In this document: positions 34,653 to 42,468 of the stretch, in pieces
How positions within the stretch are numbered: the first letter of the stretch is position 1
Layout: the number at the start of each line of letters is the position of its first letter
NCBI GenBank assembly: GCA_041500265.1
Contig: JBGQLU010000001.1
Location: 5,189 to 69,188 of the forward strand
Source: Acidobacteriota bacterium
Lineage (GTDB): Bacteria; Acidobacteriota; Polarisedimenticolia; Polarisedimenticolales; DASRJG01
Length of the DNA: 64,000 nucleotides
Direction: 5' to 3'
Program-made: the position numbers and the translations under genes
Notes under the pieces: generated by a model
Database searches by the model: none
Seen by the model: the letters and a program-made list of their open reading frames with translations, nothing else
What the model was told of the DNA's origin: nothing

Positions 34653-35704
34653 ACCGGTCCGGTCGAAGCGGGCCGTCCCACGGCGCCGGGCGAATGGCGA
34701 TGTTCTACGCCCTCGCGTTCCTGATGATGAGCGTCCTGGCCCTCCTCGGTCTCGAGCTGATCGCCCGCATGTTCGATCCGATCGGCGTTTCCTACTATCC
34801 CGAAACGGCCCGCTACATGGATACCCTGATCGTCGAGGACCCGATCGGATATCGGAACCGCCCCGGACTCGAAGGTCGGTTCTACGGTGCCCCGGTCCGG
34901 ATCAATTCCCTGGGAATGCGCGACCGCGAGGTGAGCCTCGATGCGCCGGCAGGAGAATTCCGCGTCGCGATCCTCGGCGACTCCTTCCCGTTCGGGATCG
35001 GTGTGCGGTACGAGGATTCGATTCCCGCGATGGTGGAACGCGCGCTCCAGGACGACGCCCCGCCGGGAACGCGCTTCAGGACGCTCAACTTCGGAGTCCC
35101 GTCGTACAACACGGAACAGGAATTGATTCAGTTCGACGAGCTGGGCATGCGGCTGCACCCTCGTGCCGTCGCCCTGCTCTTCGCTCTCAACGACATCTAC
35201 CCCAAGAAATGGATCTTCGAGAAGCGGAACCGAGCGATCACCAACCTCGCCCAGCGGAGCTACGCGGTGTCGCTCCTCTTCTCCACCTACAAGCTCGCGC
35301 TGGCCGCTCGTTCGGATCCCAGGGCCATCGCCGGCCTCGAGGACTACACCGCCGACAATCCGCGCTGGCTCGCCATCGATCGCTCGCTCACGGCCCTCAA
35401 CGGCCGCTGCCGCGCTGCTGGGATTCCGTTCGTCGTCTTGCCGGCCGACGACCTCGAGCTGGCGGACGTGACGATGGTTCGCGCCGTCGGAGAGCGCGAA
35501 GGCTTTCCGGTCCGGGTCCTCGCCCCGTGGCGTGACCCTCGATGGGCGGGCCTCGATCCCCGCAAGTTCGCGAATTCCAAGGTCGATGCCCATCCCAATC
35601 CCGCCGGGTGTCGCATCTACGGTCGCTTGATCGCGGACGAGCTTCGGCGCGTCGGCGCCGTCCCCGGGCGAAGCGCGGTCCAACCTCGGAGCGCGAATGA
35701 ATAG
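34649..35704 (+). CDS. SGNH/GDSL-type hydrolase or O-acyltransferase-associated esterase
   Basis: Starts at ATG 34649, forming an ATGA overlap with the upstream stop. It has the TM helix FYALAFLMMSVLALLGLELI, block I ILGDSFPFG, and NFGVPSYNT. Confidence 0.6.
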   Translation: MNRSGRSGPSHGAGRMAMFYALAFLMMSVLALLGLELIARMFDPIGVSYYPETARYMDTLIVEDPIGYRNRPGLEGRFYGAPVRINSLGMRDREVSLDAPAGEFRVAILGDSFPFGIGVRYEDSIPAMVERALQDDAPPGTRFRTLNFGVPSYNTEQELIQFDELGMRLHPRAVALLFALNDIYPKKWIFEKRNRAITNLAQRSYAVSLLFSTYKLALAARSDPRAIAGLEDYTADNPRWLAIDRSLTALNGRCRAAGIPFVVLPADDLELADVTMVRAVGEREGFPVRVLAPWRDPRWAGLDPRKFANSKVDAHPNPAGCRIYGRLIADELRRVGAVPGRSAVQPRSANE

Positions 35705-35866
35705 CGACTCGCCGACGGTCCCGGTAGCCAACGACGCCCGCCGCGCGGAAGGGCGCGAGGGTCGCGTCTCGCGCTACGATCATTCCGCGGCGTCGGCGCC
35801 GTGCCAACGCGTGAAACGGTGCGGCCAGGAACGGGGACACGCATCGAGCGCCCGAGGGTAGGGCCC

Positions 35867-36709
35867 ATGGATTCGGTTGACGATCGCACGGGCGCTGGGA
35901 TCGAGGACCTCAAGGAATCCGTGCGCGCATTCTGGGACGCGGCTTCCTGCGGCGAGGTCTACGCCGCGGGTTGCGACCTACGTGAGCGGCTCGAAGCGCA
36001 CGCGAGCGCGCGGTACGCGCTCGAACCCTACATCTTCTCGTTCGCGCGTTTTCCGGAAGGGAGAGGGCGGGACGTGCTCGAAATCGGCGTGGGGATGGGG
36101 GCCGACCACCTCGAGTGGGCGAAGGCCGAGCCCAGTTCTCTGACGGGGATCGATCTCACCGCCCGTGGCGTCGAATTCACGCGCGCCCGGCTGGCCATGG
36201 CGGGGCGCGCTTCCGATCTGCGGGTCGCCGACGCGGAGGCCTTGCCGTTTCCCGACGCGTCGTTCGACCTCGTGTATTCCTGGGGTGTCCTTCACCACAG
36301 CCCCGATACGCCCCGCGCGATCCGGGAAGTTCACCGCGTCCTCCGGCCGGGGGGAACCGCGCGCGTGATGATCTACCATACGTATTCGCTCGTCGGTTAC
36401 ATGCTCTGGCTGCGATTCGCCCTCCTGGCCGGAAGACCGACCCTCTCCCTCGCCGACTTGTACGCGCGCCATCTCGAGAGCCCGGGGACGAAGGCCTACT
36501 CGATCGGCGAGGCGCGCGCGATGTTTTCCGCCTTCCGTCGTACGTCGGCCTGGTCGCAACTCTCCTTCGGCGACCTTCTCGAAGGCGCCGTCGGTCAGAG
36601 GCACCGCGGCCTCGTCCTGAGCACGGCCAAGGCGCTGTGGCCGCGGTGGCTGCTCAGGCGGGTCCTCCGCCGGCACGGGCTGATGCTCCTCGTGGAGGCC
36701 GTGAAGTAA
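35867..36709 (+). CDS. class I SAM-dependent methyltransferase
   Basis: In frame with track ORF 35801..36709. The ATG at 35867 follows GAGGGTAGGG. Motif I is VLEIGVGMGADHL, followed by FDLVYSWGVLHHSPDTPRAIREVHRVLRPGGTARV. Confidence 0.8.
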   Translation: MDSVDDRTGAGIEDLKESVRAFWDAASCGEVYAAGCDLRERLEAHASARYALEPYIFSFARFPEGRGRDVLEIGVGMGADHLEWAKAEPSSLTGIDLTARGVEFTRARLAMAGRASDLRVADAEALPFPDASFDLVYSWGVLHHSPDTPRAIREVHRVLRPGGTARVMIYHTYSLVGYMLWLRFALLAGRPTLSLADLYARHLESPGTKAYSIGEARAMFSAFRRTSAWSQLSFGDLLEGAVGQRHRGLVLSTAKALWPRWLLRRVLRRHGLMLLVEAVK

Positions 36710-36751
36710 CGACCGTCGTCGTTCCGCTCGCCGTTGCGCCTCAGCAGGCCC

Positions 36752-38245
36752 TCAGGCGCGCTCGTGCGCGTCGACGGGATCGAACGAGAAGAACGTTAGC
36801 AGCGCCAAGAGCGGGAGAAGCGTGTACATGTAGAAGAGCGTCAGCATGGCGCTGTCGGCCCGCAGCTCGACCAGTCCCGCGATGAAGACCGCGGGTATGA
36901 GCACTCGGGCGGCCTGAGTCTGCAGCCCGTCCTTCATGTCTTGCACGGAGTACGCCGCGATCACGCGAGACAGGCTTCCGAGAACGAAGCCGCCGAGCAG
37001 AATCCCCACGATCCCGAGGTTGGCGTAGAATTCCCCGACGAGAGTCGGCGTGATGCTCATCCCCGACGTGGGGTCGTAGAAGGTCGCGAAGTATCCGCCC
37101 AGGTACCAGGTGAGTTCCTTTCCGAGACCGATCGGCTTGTCGGGCCAGATGGCCCGCGGGATCGGGCTGAGCAGGATCACGAGGAAGGTGCTCCCGTACC
37201 GGTAGGGTGCCATGTCGGGGAAGATCTGAAGGGTCAAGCACGCCGTGCCGAACGGAGCGGCTACGCTCTCGGCGTAGCCGGCGTGGAGCGAGCGCATATC
37301 GGCGTAGCGCGCGTCCGTGTACTCCTCGAAGAAAGATGCGAGGGGACGGCCTCGGACGGTCCCCCAGAACGAGAGATACAAGATGAGAAGCATGATGAGC
37401 GTAGGCAGGAGGAATCGCGGCAGCGCACGGGTCCCGCGGCGGAGAAGGAAGACCGCGGACAAACCGAAGAAGAGGTGGAACAGCCACTTGCGCGTCCCGA
37501 TGAGGAATCCGAAGTATGCGACTTCGAAGACGAGAAGTGCGGCGAGGAGCACGACGTCGCGTCTTTGGGGTCGCTCCGTCCCGAAGATCCGCCACGCCAT
37601 CAGGAACGTCGTGAGGACGAGCAGGAGAAACACCGCGGTGAAAGCGGCGCCACCACGTTCGCCCCCGCCGTATCCATGGCTCAACATGGCGGTGAGCCCG
37701 CCCTGATACGCGACGAAGCCGGCGCAGCCGGCCAGACAGCCGATCAAGAGCACGCGCTCGATCCATCGTCCCGGCGCACGCGTCCTCCCGCCTCGAAAGT
37801 CCGGAAGCTTCTGCGCGATCGCAGCCCAGAAGGGCATGTGGTATCCGAGCAGGAACATCAAGAGCAGGGCGATGAATCCCAGGACGGTGAGGGCCACGAT
37901 GCGCGCAGGAATCGGTGTCGAGGCGTAGAACTCGGTGAACGGCAGCAGCAGTGGTCCCGCGACGAAGAACTGGGACTGGAACGCCACGAAGAGGACCCCC
38001 GGGTCGCACAGGAACGGCAGTTGCTTCTCCGGCCGAATCACCACGGCAAGGACGAGAAGGACCACCTCGACGACCACCAGAACGACCACTTGGGCCCACA
38101 CGACGTTGAACAGACTCTCGATTCCGAGCCCGACGGCGAGCGCCAGCAGCGACGCCAAGATTCCAACGCCGAGAACGGCGGTTCGGTTCATTCGAGCTCC
38201 CAGGAACGACGGGGGAATATACCGACCAACCTCCAGGACGGCCAT
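36752..38245 (-). CDS. polytopic membrane protein, oligosaccharide repeat-unit polymerase (Wzy)-like
   Basis: 497 aa with about 11-12 hydrophobic helices and one larger loop. Its ATG directly abuts the stop of the upstream flippase gene (TGAATG on the minus strand). The call rests on topology and context, not on a motif. Confidence 0.5.
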   Translation of the reverse strand: MAVLEVGRYIPPSFLGARMNRTAVLGVGILASLLALAVGLGIESLFNVVWAQVVVLVVVEVVLLVLAVVIRPEKQLPFLCDPGVLFVAFQSQFFVAGPLLLPFTEFYASTPIPARIVALTVLGFIALLLMFLLGYHMPFWAAIAQKLPDFRGGRTRAPGRWIERVLLIGCLAGCAGFVAYQGGLTAMLSHGYGGGERGGAAFTAVFLLLVLTTFLMAWRIFGTERPQRRDVVLLAALLVFEVAYFGFLIGTRKWLFHLFFGLSAVFLLRRGTRALPRFLLPTLIMLLILYLSFWGTVRGRPLASFFEEYTDARYADMRSLHAGYAESVAAPFGTACLTLQIFPDMAPYRYGSTFLVILLSPIPRAIWPDKPIGLGKELTWYLGGYFATFYDPTSGMSITPTLVGEFYANLGIVGILLGGFVLGSLSRVIAAYSVQDMKDGLQTQAARVLIPAVFIAGLVELRADSAMLTLFYMYTLLPLLALLTFFSFDPVDAHERA

Positions 38246-39730
38246 TCAGCTCCCGCGGACCGCCTTGCTCCCGAGCGCCCGAAGCTCGGCGAAGGTCACG
38301 CGACCGAAAAGAGCGAAAGCCGCGACAACGGCCGCCGCCAGAGCGCAGGCGACCGGTCGCCCCGGCCGGAGGGTCATCGCGACCGTGAGGGCCAAGGCAC
38401 AGCACACCCAGCCCGCCGCCAAGCGCCCGGGCCATGGGAAACGGAACCGCGCGCGTAGCATGCTCAGGATCGCGACGTGGCGGACCAAGGCGCCGAGGCT
38501 CAGCGCGATGGCCGCCCCGCGAACCCCCTGCATCGGGACGAGCACGGCCGACGCGCCCAGCGTCGCCAGCACGTACACCGAGGACGCCATCAGGTAGGCA
38601 CGGAACGCTCCCAACCCCGCCGCGAGCCCCCCACCGAGGTGCACGGCCGGCGCGGCGGCGAGGGACAGGGCGGCGAGACGCAGGATGTCGCCGGAATCCC
38701 TGAATCCCGACCCGAACAGCGCCATGGCGTCGTCGGCGAACAGGATCAGGACGATCGCCGCGGGAACGATGCCCAAGGCCGCCGTTCTCATCGCCGCCGC
38801 CGTCTGGCGGAACGCTTCGTCCCGGAGACCCGCCGCGTCGAGCCGGGACACGGCGGGCGCGATGACGGAGTTCATCGTCGCCGGCAGCACCGTGAGGAGC
38901 AGCACGTAGCGAAGCGCCGCGGAGAGGCGGCCCAGGGCGGCGACGTCGAGCCAAAGGAGGACGAGGACGGGGCTCAGGGTCGAATAGACGTAGTTCACGA
39001 TCGTGTCGAAGTGCGTGTAGGCCACGGTCGGCCAGAAGCGGTGCGGCAGGATCCACCGGATCGGGTCCGACAGCCGGAACTCCTCCGTGCCGACGACGAA
39101 GACGACGGCGATCACCGCGGCGCCCGAGTAGACCGCGAGCGCCGCCCACCAGAGAAATCGGGCCGGGTCCTCGGTGAGGCGATCGCGCAAAGGTCCGAAG
39201 CCGAGGACGGCAGCCACGAAGAACCCGACGACCACCGACTTCTCGACCGCGGTCGCCCGCGCGGACTCGAGCACGCTGAAAAGGAAGTACGACCCGAACC
39301 CCCAGGCGAGCGCCACGCCGAGCAGACCGGCCGCGACGGCGGGTGCCGGGCTTCCGAAACGCGATAGGAGTCGGCTCGCCAGGTCGGGTAGCGCCACGAC
39401 GACGGTCCCGGCGGCCAGGACGGAGACGGACGCCACGATCGCGGAGTAGGAGAGGAAGAACGACAGGCGGTCCCTTCGGGGGATGGCCGGAACGAAACGC
39501 GTGAACACGTAGATTCCGCCGAACACGAGGAACGTGTAATAGCTTCCGATGAAGATCTGGATCGCGGAGTAGTACCCCAGCGCCTGCGGCGAAACCCGTC
39601 CGAGGACGACGTTCGTCAAGAACGACAGGGGCAACGTCGCAAGTGTCAGGGCCAGGGAGCCTCTCACGCCCGCGATCGCCCTGCGGCGCACTCTTCCCGC
39701 GACGTCGGTCAGTTCGTCGTCGGGTTCCAT
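38246..39730 (-). CDS. wzx: polysaccharide flippase (Wzx, MOP superfamily)
   Basis: The track ORF extends to 39880 with an Arg-rich leader. The ATG at 39730 (MEPDDELTDVAGRVRRRAIAGVRGS...) gives the typical cytoplasmic N-terminus followed by about 12-14 TM helices. Confidence 0.65.
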   Translation of the reverse strand: MEPDDELTDVAGRVRRRAIAGVRGSLALTLATLPLSFLTNVVLGRVSPQALGYYSAIQIFIGSYYTFLVFGGIYVFTRFVPAIPRRDRLSFFLSYSAIVASVSVLAAGTVVVALPDLASRLLSRFGSPAPAVAAGLLGVALAWGFGSYFLFSVLESARATAVEKSVVVGFFVAAVLGFGPLRDRLTEDPARFLWWAALAVYSGAAVIAVVFVVGTEEFRLSDPIRWILPHRFWPTVAYTHFDTIVNYVYSTLSPVLVLLWLDVAALGRLSAALRYVLLLTVLPATMNSVIAPAVSRLDAAGLRDEAFRQTAAAMRTAALGIVPAAIVLILFADDAMALFGSGFRDSGDILRLAALSLAAAPAVHLGGGLAAGLGAFRAYLMASSVYVLATLGASAVLVPMQGVRGAAIALSLGALVRHVAILSMLRARFRFPWPGRLAAGWVCCALALTVAMTLRPGRPVACALAAAVVAAFALFGRVTFAELRALGSKAVRGS

Positions 39731-41325
39731 CGAAGCTCTCGCCGGCCCCAGGTTCTGCGGTAGACCGCCTCGCGTTCCTTCTCGAATCCCGCGCCTTCGA
39801 TCCCACGAACCGAAGGGACGTTTCCCGCGTCGACGGCGATGCGCACGCGGGAGACACCCCGGCGCTTGGCGTGACCACAAATCTGGTTCAGGAGGTAAGG
39901 ATAGAGCCCGCGGCCACGGAACTCCGGAAGGATCACGCAGTCGCTGATGTAGGCTTCGTCCGGATCCAGGCGGATCGTCTCTCCGATCTCAGGGAGCGAC
40001 GCGGTCGTCCAATTGAGGAAGCCGTAGCCGGTCGCGAAGCCGTCCGGGCCGAGTTGGACGCAGCACTCCAGGGCGCCGCGCCGGAGATCGCGCGTTCGCG
40101 TCCACAATTCGCGCGCGGTCGAAAGCTGGTATCGGAACGCGTCCGGATCGAAGCGCTCGAGAGCGAGCACCGTGAATCCCGGACGGTTCTCGCCGGCTGG
40201 GTTCGACCCGAGCTCCCGGCGGTAGAGCGTCATGCGACGCGCGTCGAGCCTTCCGCCACTGGCGCGCCGCACCACGGTGCGAACGAAATACGCGGGGGAA
40301 CTGCGCCAGAGGAGCAGCGGCGTTCGCCACGCGCGCCTCGCCCGGTAGGAAAACGCGGCCGCGATGAACCGTGGCCGGGAGACCGCGTGGAGGCCCGCGC
40401 CGGCAAAGAGCCTGCCGCGCATGCCGAGCTTGAAATCCCAGACGCCCCGATTTTGGGGATCGAGGCCCTCGAGGTCGTACTCTCGGAATCCCGCTTCGAA
40501 CGCCCACCGAACCGCGGCCACCTCGAGCACGCGCCCGGCTCCGGGGTTCCGCCGGTTCTCGTCGGGCGCGACGCCCGCCATCAGCCGGAATACGCGCGGC
40601 CCTGCCGTGGCGAGGAGCACCGCCGCGGTCATGCTTCGCTCCGCGTTCTCGATATAGAACAACCGGGATCCCGACGCGGCAAGACCCCTCAGGAGCGACG
40701 ACGTAATCGTCGTGGAGAATCCCTTGCGCTTTTCCAGGCTCCCGACGATCTGCCGGGCCGCCAGGAAGTCGGCCGCATCGGAGGAGGATTTCACTTCGGA
40801 GAGCATGGCTTGAGACTTCCGGAAGCGATTGCGCCAATCGGACGAAGCGCTCCGGGGAAGGACCTCGGAATCGGTGAGGGCGAGGGTCGACGAGACCGCG
40901 TGAGGTGCGGAAGTCACGAACAGCGGCCGGAGCCCCGCCTCGGAGAGGACATCCGGACCGATCTCGGTGAGCGGCGGGTACACCGCGCACACGAGGACCT
41001 CACCCCAACCGAGAATCCGTCGGTACGCCTCGATGCAGAGGCGGAAGCGACGCCCGACCTCGTCGGGCCCCAGACCCTCGCGCCGCACCAGCGGACCCCG
41101 GCTGATGTACCGGACGCGAAACCCGAACCGCCGGCGGCCGAGCACGGTCGCCGCGGCAACGACCTCACCGCTCTCGTCGCGCCACGCATCACGTGCGAGG
41201 GTCCAACCTTCCTCGGCCCGCGCTTCCCCCCACGCATGAGTCTGAGTCGGGGTGAAATCCCCGAATGTCGCGCACAACGCGTCCCACTCGACGGGCCCGC
41301 CACGGAAGGTTTCTCTCGTCCACAT
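39709..41325 (-). CDS. FemAB-like (Acetyltransf_6) domain fused to a C-terminal GNAT acetyltransferase domain
   Basis: Starts at ATG 41325 (MWTRETF...); the track ORF extends to 41463. The N-terminal ~330 aa read WDALCATFGDFTPTQTHAWGEARAEEGW...YIENAERSMTAAVLL...GAGRVLEVAAVRWAFEAGFREYDLEGLD...GVWDFKLGMRG, a FemX/FemAB-type pattern. The C-terminal ~170 aa read ISDCVILPEFRGRGLYPYLLNQICGHAKRRGVSRVRIAVDAGNVPSVRGIEGAGF, a GNAT core. Confidence 0.7.
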   Translation of the reverse strand: MWTRETFRGGPVEWDALCATFGDFTPTQTHAWGEARAEEGWTLARDAWRDESGEVVAAATVLGRRRFGFRVRYISRGPLVRREGLGPDEVGRRFRLCIEAYRRILGWGEVLVCAVYPPLTEIGPDVLSEAGLRPLFVTSAPHAVSSTLALTDSEVLPRSASSDWRNRFRKSQAMLSEVKSSSDAADFLAARQIVGSLEKRKGFSTTITSSLLRGLAASGSRLFYIENAERSMTAAVLLATAGPRVFRLMAGVAPDENRRNPGAGRVLEVAAVRWAFEAGFREYDLEGLDPQNRGVWDFKLGMRGRLFAGAGLHAVSRPRFIAAAFSYRARRAWRTPLLLWRSSPAYFVRTVVRRASGGRLDARRMTLYRRELGSNPAGENRPGFTVLALERFDPDAFRYQLSTARELWTRTRDLRRGALECCVQLGPDGFATGYGFLNWTTASLPEIGETIRLDPDEAYISDCVILPEFRGRGLYPYLLNQICGHAKRRGVSRVRIAVDAGNVPSVRGIEGAGFEKEREAVYRRTWGRRELRWNPTTN

Positions 41326-41371
41326 GGGGCGCCCGCGTCTCCGGAGGACCGGTCTCGCCGCCTTCCAAGCC

Positions 41372-41387
41372 TTCGGAATTCTCCGAA
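41372..41387. promoter_or_regulatory. inverted repeat TTCGGA-N4-TCCGAA in a divergent intergenic region
   Basis: Read directly. It lies within the 188-nt gap between the divergent FemAB-GNAT (minus) and deacetylase (plus) genes. It could be an operator, but no regulator gene is seen nearby. Confidence 0.3.
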
Positions 41388-41513
41388 CTTGGGTCGCACA
41401 ACACGCGTCGACGTCGCCCCGACATGGCGCCGAATCGAAAGGCCGCGGTCGTGACGATGCCACACGCGACCTGTCGGGCGCAATCTGCTAAGGTCTCCGG
41501 CCCGCGTCGGAGG

Positions 41514-42338
41514 ATGAACATCGTGGACCAGCCGCCCCCGTGGAGCGACGAGAGCGGACCGTGGCCCGCGCCCGCGACTCCCGGCTGGCGCGCCCACGTC
41601 AAGCGCTGGCTGGTTCGCGCCGCTGCCGCGGGACGCTCGGCCGCTGACCCGTCGGACGGGGTGGCAATCCTCGCCTACCACGGCTCGGAGCCGGACCGGA
41701 GTCATCCGTGGTGGCTCGATTTCCACGGTCAAATGGCGTTGCTCGAGGATCTGGGCTACGAGGTGGTGTCGCTCGCCGCGGCCGTGGGCGTGATTCGCTC
41801 GGGGCCACTGGGCACACGCCCCAGGGCAGCGATCACGTTCGACGACGGGTGGGCGAACAATCTCGAAGTTGCGTTCCCCGAGCTGGCGCGCCGGCGATGG
41901 CCGGCCTCCGTATTCCTGACGACCTCGTTCCTGGGCCGGCGTCCGTTTCTCCACGCCGGCGAGGTGAAGAGCCTCGTCGATCTCGGAGTCGCCGCGGAGA
42001 TGCACACCGACTCGCACCCCGATCTCACCACGATTGACGACCTCGCGATCGCATCCGAGGTGACTCGTTGCCGTGCCCGCATCGAGGAGCTGACGGGCCG
42101 CACGCCGGAGTTCTTTTGTTACCCGTTCGGACGGGTCGATCGACGTGTGCGGGATGCGGTCGCAGGCGCGGGCGCCGAAGCCGCGTGTACCGGTGCGCCG
42201 GGACGAAACCGGCCCGGCGAGGATCCCTTCTTGCTCCGCCGCGTCACCATCGACCCGGGGGACGGACCCGCCGAGCTCAAGGCGGGACTCGCGGGCGGGA
42301 ACGAGCGCATGAGGAGGCTTCTTCGCCTCCGTCGGTAG
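41514..42338 (+). CDS. polysaccharide deacetylase (NodB homology domain)
   Basis: Starts at an internal ATG (MNIVDQPPPW) of ORF 41265..42338. Motifs are AITFDDGWANN and MHTDSHPDL. Confidence 0.8.
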   Translation: MNIVDQPPPWSDESGPWPAPATPGWRAHVKRWLVRAAAAGRSAADPSDGVAILAYHGSEPDRSHPWWLDFHGQMALLEDLGYEVVSLAAAVGVIRSGPLGTRPRAAITFDDGWANNLEVAFPELARRRWPASVFLTTSFLGRRPFLHAGEVKSLVDLGVAAEMHTDSHPDLTTIDDLAIASEVTRCRARIEELTGRTPEFFCYPFGRVDRRVRDAVAGAGAEAACTGAPGRNRPGEDPFLLRRVTIDPGDGPAELKAGLAGGNERMRRLLRLRR

Positions 42339-42468
42339 GGGATCTCGAGGTCGGGTCAACTCCTTGATTTCGGGCGACTTCTCCAGCGTCGGCCCGCCGT
42401 GACCAGGAAAGCGAGGGACGCTCGGGCACTCTCGCCGTATATCTAGCTCGTTCCAGGGAGGCCAGAAC

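Noticed and set aside
36741-39878. 1045-aa minus-strand ORF spanning both the polymerase-like and flippase genes in a different frame
   Set aside because: The composition is Arg/Pro/Gly-rich and non-membrane. The alternative frames give two hydrophobic polytopic proteins, as expected at this position in a Wzx/Wzy locus.
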